64,000 nucleotides of DNA from Callorhinchus milii. Taxonomy: Eukaryota. Location: positions 7,378,001-7,442,000 of the forward strand of contig NW_024704757.1 of assembly GCF_018977255.1 (NCBI RefSeq), written 5' to 3'. The translations under genes were made by a program, and so were the position numbers. This document shows positions 51,979-64,000 of this stretch, one piece after another (within the stretch, counting starts at the first letter, position 1; every line of letters starts with the position of its first letter). The notes under the pieces are model-generated. The model saw only the letters and a list, made by a program, of their open reading frames with translations, was not told the origin of the DNA and did not search any database.

Positions 51979-53239
51979 TGTTCTGAATTAACCCCCTTCA
52001 ATCGCAGGCCGTGTCGTCTGATTTTACTATTCTGGACAAGTTGAAACAGCTGTCATGATCTATGTTGTTTTGCTCCTTTAGAATCTTAAAGACAGCAATC
52101 ATGTCGCCTCTCAATCTTTTCTTTTCCAGTATGAACAAGCCCAAGATAAAGGACACGCTTTGTAAAGTTGTCTTCATATTGAAATATCTGTCCAAAGGTC
52201 ACCTTTCTCAATTACTTGACGGAAAAAACAAGTCTAGTTACAAAACAATTTTGTATACATGTCCAATGTGTCAATCTCATGACAAAAATGCAACCAAGTT
52301 ACATTTATTTACTCTTTTGGTAACAGATTGAATATGTTAATAATTCTTGCATTTGATATAAAGCCTTATCAAGCCTCAAAGCACTTCACAGGATGTACAG
52401 TAAAGTGAATTGACTGCGTATTTTGTGGGCGAAAAAAAACTAAAATGTAACACATTGGGGTAGGGAATTTAAAAAATGTTTTCCACTGAACCCCAGTGCT
52501 TTCCCCAGAATTTCCCAATGCATCCATTACACAGAGGATACAGTTCAAGATCCTGGTCCTCATCTTCAAAGCCCTCCACGATCTCGCTCCCCCTACCTCT
52601 GGGACCTCCTAACCCCATACCACCCTGCTTGCTCCCTCCGCTCCGCGGGCTCCAGCCCCCACCTCACTTGCCCCACCGTTGGCGGGCGGGCCTTCTGCCA
52701 CTCTGCCCCCAACCCTCTGGAACTCTACCCTGCAGTCCCTCCGCCTCACCCCCTCCCTCGCCACCTTCGCAAGACCCTCCTTTTTGACCGCGCTTTCGAA
52801 CACTCTGCTCCCCCGCCCCCCACTGCCCTCCCCCACCCCGACCCTCAGCTCGGGTCCAAAACAATGGCCGTCCAGCGCCTTGGGAGGTCCTCCCGATTGA
52901 AAGGCTCTTTTGCACGTGTAATTGTGTTGTTGTTGTTTTCTCTCTCCCCGCAGCCCCCCCCCACACCCCCACTACCCCCACCCCACCCGACCACCACCTA
53001 CTCTTCGAATCTCTGTCCAGCGCATTCAATCATTAATAAACTTGAAATGAATTCATTCAATATTAAAATATTAAAATATTAATATTAAAATATTAAAAAA
53101 TATTAAAATGCAAAAGGGGTTTTGAGAGTTTGCATTTGTGTGGTTTTTTTTGTTATTTACGGGTATTTTTTTTGCTGTGTTTTGTGGAGCTGCTCAGGCC
53201 TGGGAATGGGAGCTGTCAATCACCAGCAACTCTCACCTT

Positions 53240-53750
53240 CCCCTCTCTCTCTCACACACACTCTCTGTCACTCTCTCTGTCACACACACACACACTGTCT
53301 GTCACATTCTCTCTCTCACACCCTCTGTCACACTCTCTCACACCCTCTCTGTCACACTCTCTCACACCCTCTCTGTCACACTCTCTCACACACCTCTGTC
53401 ACACTCTCTCTGTCACACACTCTCTCTGTCACACTCTCTGTCACACTCTCTGTCACTCTCACACACTCTCTGTCACACACTCTGTCACACTCACACACTC
53501 TCTGTCACATTCTCTCTCACACCCTCTGTCACACTCTCTCACACTGTCACACTCTGTCACACTCTCACACACTCTCTGTCACATTCTCTCTCTCACACCC
53601 TCTGTCACACTCTCTCTCACACACTCTCTGTCACACTCTCTCACACTCTCTGTCACACTCTCTCTCTCACACACTCTCTGTCACACTCTCTCACACTCTC
53701 TGTCACACTCTCTGTCACACTCTCTCACACTCATCTCTCTCTCTCTCGCG
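53240..53750. repeat. (CTCTCTGTCACACT)n-type minisatellite in MIEF2 intron 1
   Basis: Directly visible array that gives His/Ser/Leu/Thr-rich spurious ORFs. Confidence 0.92.
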
Positions 53751-53909
53751 CAGGCCGGGCCTCGCCTGCACTCGACAGACCGACAACTCCGACCTTTATA
53801 TATATATATATATATAACCCATAGACACACATATATATATATATATATATATGTGTGTAGTGTGAACGGGCCGGGGCTGCAGTCCGTGTGGCTGTAGGTT
53901 TTTTTTTAC

Positions 53910-54428
53910 CTCACTGGTGACGGCCCGACCTCACAACGGCCGACATGTTTCTCGGGCCCCGCGTCTGACTGAGGGGGCGACGATCTCCACAACAACCCGC
54001 CCTCCCGCTCACGTGCGCCTGTCGCTGGGGTGATTGACGTCCGCGCTGACCAGTCGGTAGCGGCTCTCCCCCCCCTCTGCCCCACCACCCCGCGCGCGCG
54101 CGCGCGCGCACAGCCCCTGGGATTTCCGTACGGCCTATCAGGGCGCGGCCCTAATGGCGAAATGGGCGGGACTACCCTCACACCGGATGTGCCGCGCTGC
54201 GACAACCTAACCTGAAAGGGTGGAAGGAGGAAGGGGGGGGGGGGGGCGATTAGTTGATTGGTAGAAGTCTCGACCAATGGCGGTTCGCGACAGTGCGGCC
54301 GCCCTACCCACGGCGCGTGGATCTCGGCCAATCAGGAAAGCCAGACGGGGCGGGCTCCCGGGAAGTGTCAGGGTAGGTTGAGGCGCGCAGACAGCCGCCC
54401 GAGTCGAACAGTCGCTCCGCCCGACAAC
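53910..54428. promoter_or_regulatory. Bidirectional CpG-island promoter shared by MIEF2 and FLII, including the putative non-coding MIEF2 exon 1
   Basis: CpG-rich, with several CCAAT/ATTGG boxes (about 54257, 54274, 54328), GC boxes and an ETS-like GGAAGT. A minus-strand donor (GAG|GTAAAA) lies at 53910/53909. Confidence 0.7.

Positions 54429-64000
<9,572 letters not shown>

Noticed and set aside
53122-53897. Three overlapping 228-255 aa ORFs
   Set aside because: The minisatellite has no stop codons in any plus frame, and there is no protein signal.

Overview
Eukaryotic, intron-containing vertebrate DNA. The SINE/LINE repertoire suggests a cartilaginous fish, probably a holocephalan (inference). 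Six spliced protein-coding genes can be reconstructed: the 5' end of UNKL (minus; exons 1-2, then an intron of more than 15.8 kb running off the left edge), a complete intron-containing histone H3.3 gene (plus, divergent from UNKL), UQCC4/C16orf91 (minus), a complete 19-exon TOP3A (plus, about 1001 aa), MIEF2/MiD49 (minus) and the first 9 exons of FLII (plus, truncated at the right edge). Introns and intergenic DNA hold many tRNA-headed Deu-domain-like SINEs, L2 and CR1 LINE fragments and minisatellites. Most ORFs in the supplied track are spurious. The most notable observations are: (1) an H3.3 gene head-to-head with UNKL that mirrors the mammalian UNK-H3F3B pair, including an Oct/CCAAT/CRE/TATA promoter, and is a probable retained ohnolog; (2) a 2.7-kb minisatellite with about 70 perfect AP-1 (TGAGTCA) sites abutting that promoter; (3) a candidate 46-nt poison exon in UNKL; (4) a MIEF2 that keeps MiD51-like nucleotide-pocket motifs; (5) TOP3A oddities (uORFs and dual start, a GC-AG intron, a 27-bp coding VNTR); (6) three separate inverted duplications in the UNKL intron. 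All homology calls come from recalled family sequences, not database searches.
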